Assembly: GCF_001194135.2 (NCBI RefSeq)
Contig: NC_068985.1
Span: 101,133,793-101,191,476, forward strand
Direction: 5' to 3'
DNA: 57,684 bases
DNA from: Octopus bimaculoides
Taxonomy: Eukaryota
Made by a program: the position numbers and the translations under genes. The notes under the pieces are model-generated. The model searched no databases. It saw only the letters and a list, made by a program, of their open reading frames with translations, and was not told the DNA's origin. Each line of letters opens with the position of its first letter. The first letter of the stretch is position 1. Positions 1-14,000 of the stretch are shown piece after piece.

Positions 1-795
1 AAATTACTACTATCCCTCCAATTATATTTTAAATTCTTGTTTGATTCACTTGTCTGTGGAACAGCAGCATAGTCGAGATGGTATGTTTTCTTATCTTACT
101 CTTGTTTTTTGCAAACACCTTCAAAATGACTTTCTAAAATGAAATTCCATTATGCAGCTGAGGAGAACATTTTCATTGTACATTCTGTGGTGTTCTCACT
201 ACGTGAATAAATGGAGCTTGTACGAAACGTACGTACTGCTATAACCTATTGATTTTTTGTTGCTTAACTTCAAATATATATATATATATGCATAAACAAA
301 TATATATATATATAAGGAAAAAGTCAAGGTAGTAAATGTTAAAATAATTTTATTATAAAAATCATTTTATTACCGGTTCAATTCTTATCCTCTGTTCAAA
401 CTTGTTTTGTATTGCAAAGAATTGAAGGTATAGCGAATGGTCCTTAGTTTTTCGGAACGTGGATTATCAACACAGATTCTACAATTTTATCCAGTATTGT
501 TGGTACTTTTTTTTTTATAATCATGTGTATAGGGAGCTAACCAAGATTACACAACGCATTCCATATACTTAAAGAAACACATCTTCAATACATACTCACA
601 CACAACATATGCACTGATATTTAAATTATCACAATACATTCTTTTTATACATGGAAGCCTTGTTACGTTCCGGAATAATCTTTTTAAATCCTATGATCAT
701 GTAAACCTCTTTTTCGTTAATATTTTCGTTACACCTACACCAAAATATTATTAGTTGTTCTAAAAGTTTTTCAATTGTACAAAGAAAGCATATAA

Positions 796-796
<1 letters not shown>

Positions 797-848
<52 letters not shown>
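797..848. repeat. (TG)n microsatellite
   Basis: Uninterrupted TG run seen directly. Confidence 0.97.
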
Positions 849-849
<1 letters not shown>

Positions 850-1511
850 CATGGTGTGTGGTAAGCGGTGAGTAGAGAGCGTAAAATTATCCCGTGTTGC
901 GGAAAGATTTTCTACAAACAGACACAAACAAATTGGATCACCGCTCACGTGCTGAATACATAGAAATATTGAAAGACCACAGCCAAATAAATGATGTTCG
1001 TACCTCTGATTTGTTGTAGCATAAAACGTACAGGAGCCTCGCAAATTAATATTTAATAAAACGTTATATAACATGAAATATGCAACAATTATGCCTATCA
1101 ATCTTGTAAAATTCATAAAGCATTTAGTGGCCTATACAGACAAATGAGTGATCATTACTTTTTGTTTTAGAGATATTTATTGATTGTTGCTACCTGTATA
1201 TTAATTGTATAAGAATGCATTTAAAACAATTTCAAATAAGTGTAATCAACTATATTAAATCATAATGTGGGAAATAGCACGTAGCAAATAACATAGACGT
1301 GAAGAAGGCCTTGGAATATTAATTTAATCAATCAAAAATATTACTTCAAGTACTGCATGAATTTCTTTAGCTAGATATTATAAATTATGCGAAACAAATA
1401 CTACATTCACCTTCGATATAACCTCTGCCTAGTGAACATTTATGCTATGATAATAATTCAATACAAATAAATATAAGAGGCAATATTTGCATAATACCAG
1501 TAAGCGTGATC

Positions 1512-1514
<3 letters not shown>

Positions 1515-1569
<55 letters not shown>

Positions 1570-1579
1570 GTGTGTGTGT
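1515..1579. repeat. (TG)n microsatellite
   Basis: TG run with one CG and one TT interruption. Confidence 0.97.
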
Positions 1580-3006
1580 TGTGCGTCAAAGTTTATGTGC
1601 ATGGGTGTCCGTATGTGTATTTGAAAGTTTTTTGATTTTGTTTTTGTCGCGTGTGTACTCTCAATTCCAACTGTGATGTCACGTTAGTATTTCATATAAC
1701 CCACGCAATTCTTTGATACAACGAAGCATTTCCTATCACCAAACTTGAAAGCCTCATGAAAAATATATGTATATTTCATCATGAAGAATACTGAAAATGG
1801 TGTGTGACATATCTAATGGAGCAGATTATGGCAAAAATTAGGCGGCAAAAGAAATTTTATCAAGAAGACATTTTGTTGGCGTGACAGCAATACATTAGAA
1901 GTTCCTACGTTTCACGGCATTCCATGTAGATTTGAATCAGATTAAATTATTAGAGAATTACAGGAAAAAAAAAGAAAAATTTTAAAACCTAAACAGTAGA
2001 GAAAAGTCATTTTTTTCAAATTCCTATTTGATGTGTCAATATCAGTTAAAAATAAGACCTTTACACTAACAACAGTAAATTCTCTGAAAATATCCGATGG
2101 ATATACTGCAAGATTATTAATATTAGACTCCCGTGAAACATCAATGTCAGGAAAATATACGGTGAGAACAAAACGGCTATAGGGAAAACACCACGCAGAG
2201 TGGATAAAAGATAGCACAACACTGAACTATACAGTGGTTAAACATATGTATATAATATATCTCTTTGCCGTAGAGACACAATTTGCAGTATTATTTCTCG
2301 GAAGGAACAAATGGTTTCTAACAAGGTAATGCAAACCTTACACCAAGATTCAGATAATCCGTCTGTCCGCCATTAACTATACATATATTTACATATAAGT
2401 TTCGCATAGATTGATTTTTTTTCTACATTTGCTGAATGTACTTTAGACGGAGAGATTGTTTCTTAAAACTCTTATGTATTTATGTACCAATGCATAAATG
2501 TGTGAGCTTTTATGATTTGATTTAACACACCAATAGCTTTGTGTCGAACCCATTTTAGCTGTATTGTTACACTGTTGTAAAATCATCTACAGGAAAATAA
2601 TATAATTCTTATTTTATGACTACCATTGTCTCCTAAGCATTAACTTATACTGACAAACGTATGGTGCTGTCTATCAACAGCGAGACTTATGTCTCTCATT
2701 TCACACTTCTCTTCAGAGAATGGTTATTGCATATTATTTTGAGAAGGAAAGTAAGAAAACATATCTGAAGAAACGAAAACGAATATGTTATTTTTTCACA
2801 TTTGCTATAATACATGCAACAATCGACGAAAACATGGTGTTTTTCATGTGTTCCTATTAATAAACAAATAATAACAGAGATCCACTAACACATTGAAATT
2901 GTAATCACTTTTTATTCCTGCATTAAATGTTATGAAAATAACTGTTCAATAAAATATTTTATACGAAATATATACATAACACGTGCCGATACAAATGCAC
3001 ACAAAC

Positions 3007-3018
3007 CACACACACACA

Positions 3019-3069
<51 letters not shown>
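3007..3069. repeat. (CA)n microsatellite
   Basis: CA run with one TA interruption. Confidence 0.97.
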
Positions 3070-3070
<1 letters not shown>

Positions 3071-4533
3071 ATACATATGTGAATGCATGCATGTATATAT
3101 ACGAGTGTGTGTAGAGTGAATGTACAACGAGATACAAATATACGCCCACAAACACACACATATTCATATATAGACACATAAAAAACGACTCATCACGTGA
3201 TAGATTTCTCAAGATATAACCATAACTAGTAACACTGCTAGAGGAGACGTAAAATAGCGTTATGCTTTCGTTGAGAACTAATATATCTGCAATAACTTTC
3301 TAAGCAGAAGAACGTGTTTGCTTTAATGCGATTGCTTTCTCCATGCATATCAAAAGAATATTATATAAGATAGAAAATTTGAAAAAAAAAAAATCCCTTC
3401 ATGCTATAAATTTAAATTGAATTTTATATATATCGATGACTTCAGTTTACGATGGAAAATAGAGAAATGTAAAAGAAAGCAATATATTTAGTGGAAAAAA
3501 GTTAACAAGCGTTTATCACAAATAATCACAACCATATATCATACCCAGAACGGATATTCTTCCTACGAAGTGAGGCAAAATGGAACACAGGGATAAAAAA
3601 ATTCACACGCTCTCTCAGACACACATGTTACATATACGAAGATATGCGTGTATATAGATGTACGTGTGTGCGCGTGTGCGTCTGCGCGTGTGCGTCTGCG
3701 CGTGTATATACACCATACGCACAGTGAGCATTTATATGTATATACATATAACTATAAACTATGTGTGCTGAAACGATCCTGGCTTTGGGTAAAATAACAT
3801 GAAGACGTATCGGTTAATTATGATTTCCGTCGATATATCCCCCTCTAAGATTCATAGTTTTATTGCGGTGGTGCTTCAGGTATTCTAAGCCCTGTGAAAA
3901 AACTCACACATTTGGGCTCTGTCCAAACCTTTCACGATGCTGTTAAAGGCAATGACTTTTCAGCAGCCCTCGTCTATATATGTTTATGAAAATATACAGA
4001 CATATATGAATGCTACAAATATATGCACACATATGCATGCGTATAAACACTCTTACACACGCAAAAAACATCTGTGTATGTGTATGTATGTGCATGTATA
4101 TACGTTTGGTACTAGCATCAGAACTCTATAAGTTTGAAAGATGGGATTTTGGCACTGGCTCACGATAAAAAATATCCATCATGTAATTTGGTCAGCTAAT
4201 CCAAGCTCCCAGCATCATCACCTTCACGGATTCATCATAGTTCTAGTAGCGATAGGAAAAGAAGGGACGAGGAGACGTATTCAACACGGTGAATGAGGCA
4301 TGTACATCCAATGTATTGAAATATTAATAGCGGCTCGGGTGCCATCCCTAAATTTTCGTAATCTGGGATCATGCAACTCTGATATACGAAGAAATTCGCA
4401 TCTATTTACCACGAATAATCCAACCAACATAGGGGAAATTAGCACAGCACTTTCCGAATTATATACACATGCACACACACACAAACAAACACACACGCAC
4501 TGCGCACGCACACACGCCCGTGTGTGTGCATAC

Positions 4534-4540
<7 letters not shown>

Positions 4541-4573
<33 letters not shown>
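4541..4573. repeat. (TA)n microsatellite
   Basis: Pure TA run, directly adjacent to the SINE 3' end at 4576. Confidence 0.95.
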
Positions 4574-4575
<2 letters not shown>

Positions 4576-4760
4576 TGGCACTCCGTCGGTTACGTCGACG
4601 AGGGTTCTTGTTGATCAAATCAACGGAACGGCCTGCTCATGAAATTAACGTGCAAATGGCTGAGCACTCCACAGACACGTGTGCCCTTAATATAGTTCTT
4701 GGGAGGGTCAGCGTGAAACAGTGTGACAATGGTGGCCCCTTGAAATACCGGGACATCATA
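4576..4760 (-). mobile_element. 3' half of a tRNA-derived SINE (family C here), cut by the gap at 4761
   Basis: 4688-4760 aligns by eye at roughly 80% with 37918-37990 (taatatagttcttgggagggtcagcgtgaaacagtgtgacaa vs taacgtagttctcggggatattcagcgtgacacagtgtgacaa). That second copy carries the tRNA-like head. Confidence 0.8.
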
Positions 4761-6128
4761 NNNNNNNNNNTATATATATATATATATATATATATGTCTG
4801 TAGAAAACAATTGCATTCTCACTCAGGAAAGAATAAATGGGAGCTGGATTTAGGGATTAAAATGCGCCGGCGTTTAAAAGAGAATTGTATTTTTTAAATC
4901 TTTTTACAGATTTCTTAAAGTGTGAAAGCAATTTCGACAATTTTAATTTTTTCCATTGGTAGATATAAAAGTTTAGGAGAGGTCGAAGGTAAAGGAGGAA
5001 TATACATAGGTATATGTGTGGGTTTGTGGGGGGGCATGTGTGTTTATGTGTATAGAGATGTGTGCACATATATAGACGGAAACACTTACACACAGAGAAA
5101 CATGCACACGTACACGCACGGTCGTACGCATGTGTTGAAAAAAAAACGTAATCATTCCTTTTGAAATTGATTGGATCATCCCGCATGCTTATGAAATTAA
5201 ATCCTCAATTTGAGTTGCGCCCTTACTTCGGTCATGCTGCAAATTAGAAACATTTAGCTTATCAAATTTATGAGGTGCTACGATTGTAGAAATCATTTGA
5301 ATTGAATCATAAAATGTGGCATAAACAAAAATTGAATGTGTTCATATAATGCCTCGATGAAGAAATAATTGTTATTGTCACAAATGGATTTACTTAATTA
5401 CATTCATAGAAAGACGACATAGCATAGCTAACGCAACACTTCTGATTTAAAATTGGCATAAGAGAAATTGTTTCAAGTAGTCAATTTGATTTTCCCCTCT
5501 GAAAATATATAGATTTTATTGAAGTTAGAAAATATAATTAAAATTTAGATTAAAAAAAAACTGAATCATTTTAAATTTTATATTCTGAACGAAAGAAGTA
5601 ATCATTAGCATTCAATTAATTTCAAATTACAAAATATTCTTAGTAAATTGCTGGGACAAAATTTCCATTCAGTTCATCACGGCAATTACAAGTGAGGGCA
5701 AATGTTAATGTACATGCAGTTTTTGTCAAATTATCTCAGTCTAATAGTTTAGAATAGAAACCTTTATTTTCTGTAAATGTATTATATGCAACATTACTTT
5801 CCCAAGATCCTTTGCTAACGTATGGTAGTTCCAAAATATTATAGCATCTACAACGAGCATATACAACGAGCATATACATACGCTTTATAACAACGAATGC
5901 AATTTTTCAATGATTAAGCACAGCTCAACTTTATCCCTATTCTCGAAGTTTTATTAATAACAGTTAACATTAATATTTAGATATTTTACCCTCTCTCTGC
6001 TGCATATTTCGTGTATAAAAACGGATAAATATATACCAAATCGCACACAACTGTGTATATATAATCATGTGTGTGTGTGTGTGTGCGCGCGTTTGTAACG
6101 TGTGTGCATGTATGCGTACGCGAGCCCG

Positions 6129-6160
<32 letters not shown>

Positions 6161-6180
6161 CAGATTATGATGGATAAATT

Positions 6181-6455
6181 GTCGTGACGAATGCTCCAAT
6201 ACGAACGTTTCAGAGAGTTTGGGTGTCAATATGCGGACAATGCAATCTCAGAACACATACCAGAGTGACAAAAATCCAACATCCAGTCAACATCACAGTG
6301 CTTGGAGTGATCACTGGTAATGGCATCGTTATGTCTCCATTCATCTTCCCATACGGCCGCTGACTCAACACGGCTGCCTATTTCAAATGCCAGGATCAAA
6401 AGGTGGCTGCTGGAGGACACTATGTTTGCAATAGGACTTTGCACCATACCACAAA
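6181..6455 (+). mobile_element. Decayed, internally deleted Tc1/mariner-superfamily transposase relic (maT/DD37D-like)
   Basis: From 6272 it reads KIQHPVNITVLGVITGNGIVMSPFIFPYGR*LNTAAYFKC..KVAAGGHYV, then after a frameshift Q*DFAPYH. This matches the maT pattern HP..IMV.GV....G.VMPPFIF...LN...Y...YVWQQD.AP.H. One stop, one frameshift and deletions. Confidence 0.8.
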
Positions 6456-6993
6456 AACCAAGAGATATACCTTCTTGGGCCCATTGATGGTGATAATATT
6501 GTGGATGTAGGTCCATGTATTCCATCGTCGGCGAGAACATTTAAAAGTTCCTCATTGTGCAGAGCTGGGAGCTGTGAAGTTTCTTACAAGGAAATTTCTA
6601 AGATTCCTATGTTTTGAAAGACTGGAGAGGTGGCGTGGGAAAGATAGGGATGGTTGTTGTCTCAGAAAGAAGAATTCCAAAGTTGTGGGTGTGCTCGTAT
6701 TTTAGAGACAGGATGTACGGGTGATAAGTGAGAGAGGTTGGAATCCGGTCGGTGGAGTTGCGTGAAGACGGCAGTAGGGCTGCTGTGTGATTGATGGCTC
6801 GGCATCGGTAGAGTTCCGGATCGACAACTGATGGTAAATAGCATCGATTCAGAAAAAAACTGCTATGGAACTTGTAGTCCGAATCGATGCTGCAAACTCG
6901 TCAAAGTCGAAGAAATTGAGAGAAAGGTATGGCAGATTTAATGTGTTTGAGGTAAGAAACAGAGTAGTCAAGGTAGGAGTGGGAGTCAGTGGT
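6456..6993 (-). mobile_element. Penelope-like retroelement fragment (RT thumb plus linker toward the GIY-YIG; Neptune/Poseidon-like)
   Basis: Manual translation from 6990: TDSHSYLDYSVSYLKHIKSAIPFSQFLRL*RVCS..FFLNRCY..DRIPTSLTYHP..NFGILL..IFPTPPLQSFK, then frameshift, RNLRNFLVRN..GTFKCSRRRWNTWTYI..INGPK. TDSHSYL, IP.SQFLRL.R.CS, RIP..LTYHP and NLR..LVR are typical PLE motifs. Not called in the ORF track because of stops. Confidence 0.88.
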
Positions 6994-8965
6994 ACAATAC
7001 TTAAATGAAAAGAAGTATTTGTTACATTTATGTATGGTACCAAAAATTCTTTATAAACATTTATTACTCCCTGCATTCCATAATCTTTAAACGAAATGTC
7101 TTTCTACATTTTATTATCCGCATCTATATTTTTGTCTATACTTCATTATATTTACCTATATATATATATATACATATNNNNNNNNNNNNNNNNNNNNNNN
7201 NNNNNNNNNNNNNNNNNNNNNNNNNNNNNNNNNNNNNNNNNNNNNNNNNNNNNNNNNNNNNNNNNNNNNNNNNNNNNNNNNNNNNNNNNNNNNNNNNNNN
7301 NNNNNNNNNNNNNNNNNNNNNNNNNNNNNNNNNNNNNNTGGGTATATAAATATTGAAAAAGATAAACAGATTTTGACATGTACTCACAATTTAGTATAAG
7401 ATACTTCCGTTACTTTCTTATATTCAATTACACAATTCTACATTCTGTTATAAATGGATGATATTAGTTGTCTAAGTTTATAATTCTGAGTTAATGAGCG
7501 TTTACTTTTCTTACCAGGTGCACATTTTAGCTCCACTGAGAACATTATTTTCAACATTCAACAATCTGAAAGTTTATCTTATTCTTAATCTCTTTTCACT
7601 ATTGTCACCAAACGCAACACGGTAACTTAAGTTCATTTTATCTTTTAGACGTTTAAGTAGTGATTGCTAGAGGTTCTTCAGGGATTGGAATTTATTTCAA
7701 CTACTTTACGTTTCTCTAATTCTTCTATATTCCTTCTAACCCACTGACGATTCAGCCACCTAAACGATTCTTGGAAGACATTTTTATTTTACAAAACTTT
7801 CAATTAACAGTGTAACATTTAAATGTCAATATTTTACCTAAAACTAAACTCCGTAAATTAATTATTTAAGTTTTCCGCTACATAGTTATAAGATTGTCAT
7901 CAATTTCAGCTAAGGCATATAAACTGGAACATAGTTATTATTTTAAAGATGCTGTAACGAACGGTAATTACATCAGTGAATTTTCAACTGCTAACGTATT
8001 TCATAAACAAGCTACATAAAAAGAATATTGATGTCGCTCGTACAATATAGTATTTAGTAGACTTGTGTGTTGTTTAAAAGTTTTATGAGCACTAATTTAT
8101 AATAAAGGATTTAAATATAAAGTATATATAAAGTTCATATTTTTCAATGTCAAGTAGACGCATTTTATTGAACCTGTTTTACTCTCTCCATTCCGTGATA
8201 TTTCGCACATTACTTAATTTGTCATCCATAACAACAATGAATTAAATAAAAGATTCTCAAGTCTAAACAATGTAGCGCTGCACACTAGATTCGTAAAAGT
8301 GATTATAATATTCTTATATTTTGCCCGCTAAGTTTACCTTTAAAATATCACCTTTGTTATTATTCTAATTTCTTGTCGAGATATAAATTAAAATTCTCGT
8401 ATAAAAAGTTGTGAGTAATATTGTTATGTCTGAAGACAGATCTGACGTATATATTTCATTAACTATCTCGTAATAGCTGCAATAACCATGCGACATTCCT
8501 AATGTAAACATCAGATTTTTCTCGGTGCATATTGGACAACTTCATCCATTTGATTGAGGATGTGGGACTTGCTGAAAGAGCAATTGCAAGTCTTCATGAT
8601 AACTGACCTCGTTTTCTAGGCTGTAGTTGCCGGCGCGGAATTTCAGGAACGACCGTTCTCATTGGCTCACGATTATTGTCCGCACCCCCTTATACTGTAT
8701 TAATATTCCTCACACTTTCCCTTTTGTTGTTACCTTTATTGAACACATAAAGAAAATATGCCAAATATGCTATTTTGTCACTTTCATTATCGATTTGAAA
8801 TAATAAGTATTAAAATCGAACTAAAATCTTCAAAAATCGCTCTATGAATAAGGACAAGGTAAAATTGCTACATACTCTCATAGCAAGTTGATGCAGGTCT
8901 TGTATCCCCCTCCACCTCCGACATTTAAATCTTGCAACTAAAAAAACCGCTTTATTTATAGGATG

Positions 8966-9017
<52 letters not shown>

Positions 9018-9498
9018 GTATATATATATGCCCGTATGTATGTAAGCATTTATTGATGAGGATCTCTGTGTGGTTGCGTATCACTGTGCATATGTATATG
9101 CATTCATTAAAAAGAAAAAGGAAAAAATAAAAACAACTTTATTAAGGAAACTTGATTTTCTATTATAAAATAAAACGCTCCTACATCTATTTGATGGAAA
9201 ACAAAAAAGATGACTGTTAATTAGTTTTGCCTATCGATATTTCCAATTGTTCATGCGATTATAGTTTTCTCTGATTACAATCTAATTGTCTGCAATTGTG
9301 CTTTACTTTAATTATGTACGATTCTTTCCTGAATCAACTAAAAGACGGATTTCGAACGCAATATATTTCATTGCGTATTAATCTACCTCACTCTGCGCTT
9401 ACTTAATCGAGGTTATTTTGTGGAAATATGGAGTTTTTTTCTGGCTATTAGCTATTCATGTAATCCTCTTTCGCTCTTTGTATATGTCTTTCTTTCTC

Positions 9499-9527
9499 TT
9501 TCTCTCTCTCTTTCTCTNNNNNNNNNN

Positions 9528-9606
<79 letters not shown>
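9499..9606. repeat. (CT)n microsatellite containing a 10-N gap
   Basis: CT run on both sides of N 9518-9527. Confidence 0.95.
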
Positions 9607-9608
<2 letters not shown>

Positions 9609-10282
9609 ATTAGATACACATGTATCTGTGTACGGACATGTAACAGTTTTTCTATCTATCTCTGTATCTGCGCCATTTGTATAAATACACATATATGTAC
9701 ATACAGTTATGTGTGCGGGTCTGTATTTGCCTACGTTTGTGTGTTTATATACGAGTTGAGCGATTGAAACATCTAAAATACAGGCTTCATTTGTTTCGGT
9801 ATTTTACCTGTTCCACTCGTTGAATTAGGATTCTTATTCGCATCAATAGTAACCCTAGTTGCTAACCGTGAGCTATGCATGTACAGACATTTTCAGCTTA
9901 CCAAATGTCCCCCTGTCTCCGATATAGGAAAATGTGTGTAACTTTCGACGTCAATAAATTATTGTTTCTGACCGCAGACTGTCCACTTTATGCAAACACA
10001 CACACACGCCCACACACACAAATAAACACACACATACATTTATATATAAATAGATACATATAAACACATGGGAGTATACGCACAAAAATACATAAACACG
10101 CGCACGAATACACGCACGCACACACGCACACACGCATACACATCCATATGTATATATATACTTATACATATATGTTTGTACATATATCTCATATAANNNN
10201 NNNNNNNNNNNNNNNNNNNNNNNNNNNNNNNNNNNNNNNNNNNNNNNNNNNNNNNNNNNNNNNNNNNNNNNNNNNNNNNNNN

Positions 10283-10334
<52 letters not shown>

Positions 10335-10360
10335 AGTGTGCGTGTGTGTGTGTATACATA

Positions 10361-11030
10361 CGAAGTGGTTTCAAAACGTTCTCGGCCTTGTTCTGTAGAA
10401 CTCGCTAACACAAGCTAGCAAACCATTGCTTTCACAGTAATATCTCAGCGGAGACGTTTATGCGGCAGTTTGCTGAGTGGCATTGCTCTGGCTACATCGT
10501 AAGTGTATGCTGTATCCTTCGATTTTCTTATGTGTAGGAGCAAAGAACCAATTTTAAAATTTGTTTTAACTTGAGGAGTATGCTACAGAAATATTAAACA
10601 TGCTTAAGGTGACGAGGCGGTAGTGTATGCAATGCTTCATGTGGTACTAGCGTTTCAAAAATGGAATAACATCTATGTAGACGACGAGATACCTGGAAGA
10701 CCAGCCATGAACTTCACGCCCGGAAATGGGGAGTAAATTCAACAGCTTTTACATGAAGACCCTCGGAGGACACACAATGACATTGCTAATATCACCACAC
10801 TCTCCTCACTCCTGAGTTTCTCACTAAAACTAACATGGTATCATTTCCGAATCCCACGCTATTCACCGGATTTAGCACCTGTAGACCTCCGCCTTTTTCC
10901 CAAGATAAAAAATGCAGTTCAAAGGTTGCCGTTTTAGCACCGCTGTCGAGATCAAAATTTAATCGCAGAAGGTCTCGACTGGTTTACGGAGAGTGAGTGG
11001 TGGACAGTAGGACAAAGTGAACCGCCATAA
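10361..11030 (+). mobile_element. Decayed mariner-type DNA transposon with a large internal deletion
   Basis: TA at 10359-10360 followed by TIR-like CGAAGTGGTTTCAAAA. N-terminal pieces EQRTNFKICF and DDEIPGRP..TPGN..QQLLHEDPRRT join directly to EFLTKTNMVSFPNP and YSPDLAPVDLRLFPKIK (YSPDLAP at 10860-10880, the mariner signature). The 3' end is approximate. Confidence 0.88.
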
Positions 11031-14000
11031 CAGATTCACATATTTTCAGAAAATTATGAACAAAAATATAAGCAAGGAATAAATTTAACTATAATAAATT
11101 GTTTACAATGAATTGTACGATGATATAAAATTAAGAAAATGTAAAGAAACAATAAAGAAAAAGGCACAGCTGATATGAACTGATATGAAACGTAAGATGA
11201 ATTAAACAAGAAAGCAGATTTTGTCATTGTATACGCTGCTGGCGTATTTTGATAGTCATGTGGATGTCTCTGAGATTATGATATTTTGGAAGATATATTT
11301 AACAGTCACAACCCTATTAGGATAAACTCAGCGACGAATGATGTTAACGCGAGATTATCGGCCACATGAAAACCCAAATACGAAGAGAATTAGGAAAAGA
11401 AATGTTATCTGGTGTAAGTTCAAATCTAGAAATGTGTACTCATATTGCTACGAAATTCCTCAATTTGATTCAAAAGCATTTTCAAATATTATACCGGGAT
11501 TATAAACACTTCAATGCCCTTAGCGAAACGGCTTACTCCTCCTACATGTTATATAATACAATCGCAAACACGAACACTAAATTGCATACTTTGTGTCGAA
11601 TGAATTACCCACTATAATGCGGTATGGAAAGACATTAAAACAATAAGATAGCAAGAGTTTTTAAAAGAAAGGTATACATAACATGCATTCCTTCAGGTAC
11701 AGTGATAGGAGAGTATCCTCCACCATGCCCAGTTTCACCTGGAAACTCAGTAAAACTGCGATACAAATACTTTAAAATGGCATATATTATTCAGCGGAGG
11801 CCCATTTCTCAACTAGAGATCGTAATACCCTTCGCTGCTTCTATGTGAAGCTAAACCTTCTCACGCTATATGCAAATCTATCAATAGGAAAATTATCAAC
11901 CATATAGCTTCCCTCAAGTAAATGCCCACTTATTGAGTTTTGGCCACTGACAATTCAAGTATTCTACCCTAAGATTCTACGGCCCTAAGTGTTGTAAAGA
12001 TTAGAGTCATGCAAACTTATTTGTCCGCTTTGAACTTGAACTTTTTTTACTCATCACGTGACAATATGAATTGTTAACGTACCATTCCATGTTGAATCAG
12101 ACTAATTTACAATGTCATACAAATGCCTTGTCAACCCCAAAATTTGCATCGTATATTCTTAAGAACTAACGTCAGTAATGCTCATGAAATCTCACCAGCA
12201 GTCTGTCTGTACCGCATGCATCATACATAGTGTAAATGATGTCGTCCTTTCAAATTCTGTGTAACCTGCCTTTCCACAATTCGACATTTGGAAATCTGAT
12301 GCAATGGTGGAACCGACACCTACCTGTATAACATAGATGTAAACCTAGACTAAGATTTTCAATTATAGGGAAATGGAAGATATGTAGTTTCTGTCAAATG
12401 CATTATTCTACGTCACATAGAATGATATTTGTCTTTTTTAAATTTTTTTCGTTTGTTTTCACTGGCTTAGTATTTTTAAATACACATTCATTCCTTGGTT
12501 TGACAATAAAATCTAGTTGAGAATAAATGCAACACTTTACTCGAGTTTACATTTCCATCACTATATAGAATCCATATTTTGACATCCTTACAGTTGTAGT
12601 TTGTTATTGACATATGCAGGAATCAGAGTAAATAGAATGAAAAGCTACAAAGCATTGGCATTCTTTTGCAGATGGTGCGATAAAAATACCTGTCTGTAAT
12701 ATACAGAATTTATTTTAATCTTGTCAGTTACAGTAATTCATAGAGTTTGCTTTATAACATATTGTATTTCCTTACGAATATTCGTGAATACCTATTATAA
12801 ATAGTATATTTCCATTAAGGTCAGACAATACACTAACCGTATTGGTAGAATGAAAATGTCTCTGTATTACAGTGAATAAATCGTTTCATGTTATTTGTAT
12901 TTCGCAGCATCGCTTTAGATAAATTTCAGCGCGAAACGTGCACGTTATTAGCTCCTCTAAGTCTTCGGAGTAGTTATATAACAAATCGTGATTTTGAATT
13001 TCTGGCAAATGTATCTTTGAATTTTATAGCTCATATTAAAGCTGCCTCTCACCCAACTTTATTTTCCTATTCCTCGTGTTGGTAACATAATATATTGAAG
13101 GAATAATTGGATCATAAGTGTAAGAATGTAACGCTTATTTATTCACTGATGACAGACTGTCTGGAAAGTATGTCACTGAAAAACAAAAAATCTTGAGAAT
13201 CCATTAGACTCGATTGTAGACCATATAGAGTCATCTGTAAATACAGTGCTTTAGTCTGCTTAGAGCATACGTAGTGGTAGCTAATTTTATTGTTGTACGT
13301 ATTTTCAGCCCAGTTAAACTCTATTACAGCTATACTACCCCACCCCGCTCCCAAATCCAAGTAAACTTCATCACTTGACTTCAAACGGGATCTGCTCTCT
13401 TGAAGCTTTTCTGATTTTATGCTGCCTGGGATTTTTTTAGAACGGTCTTATCCTCTCTTTTTCCTGTTATAAGGCAGTTATATATCAACATTTTCAAGCA
13501 TATATTTTACATCTCCTTTCTCACTTTATATATTTCAATGCAAGTTTTATGAATTGTAAACATTTACCCCTATTTGAACTGACAAATGATGACCTTTGTT
13601 GCCTAATCATGCTTAAGCACACTCATGTACTCGTTGCATATACCTATAATGTTAATAACTTAGTTCGTAACTACATGACGCTGTGATCACATAATTTGAG
13701 CAAAAATATTTATCAGTGAAATTCATCATAGGTTATTATGTAAGTACTTTTTGCTATTGATTTAGTACCACTCATTCAACACGTTCTCTTGATGTATTAC
13801 GTTTTCTTAGTGATTGTTTTGTCTGTTTATTTTTATTTGTCTCATGCAGGTATTTAAATCAGTTTTAATTAAATTCTAAAACTGTGCGGAAAATATGCAG
13901 GTTATAATTTGTAATCATACTGCCATGCTATTATTCAAATTAAACTTACTTGTTAGTTCACAGAACATTTGTTCGACATCAGGTTTCAAGTTTTTATCAA

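Noticed and set aside
64-85. Possible micro-exon ending at the donor GATG|GTATGT
   Set aside because: Too short to assess, with no supporting neighbouring exons.
6840-6891. 11-bp inverted repeat AGCATCGATTC/GAATCGATGCT
   Set aside because: Short, lies inside PLE coding sequence, and is compatible with chance.
13141-13180. Hammerhead-like CTGATGA-CAGA-CTG-TCTG-GAAA
   Set aside because: Stem II is good, but the GTC triplet is out of register with the possible stem I by 2 nt and stem III does not pair.
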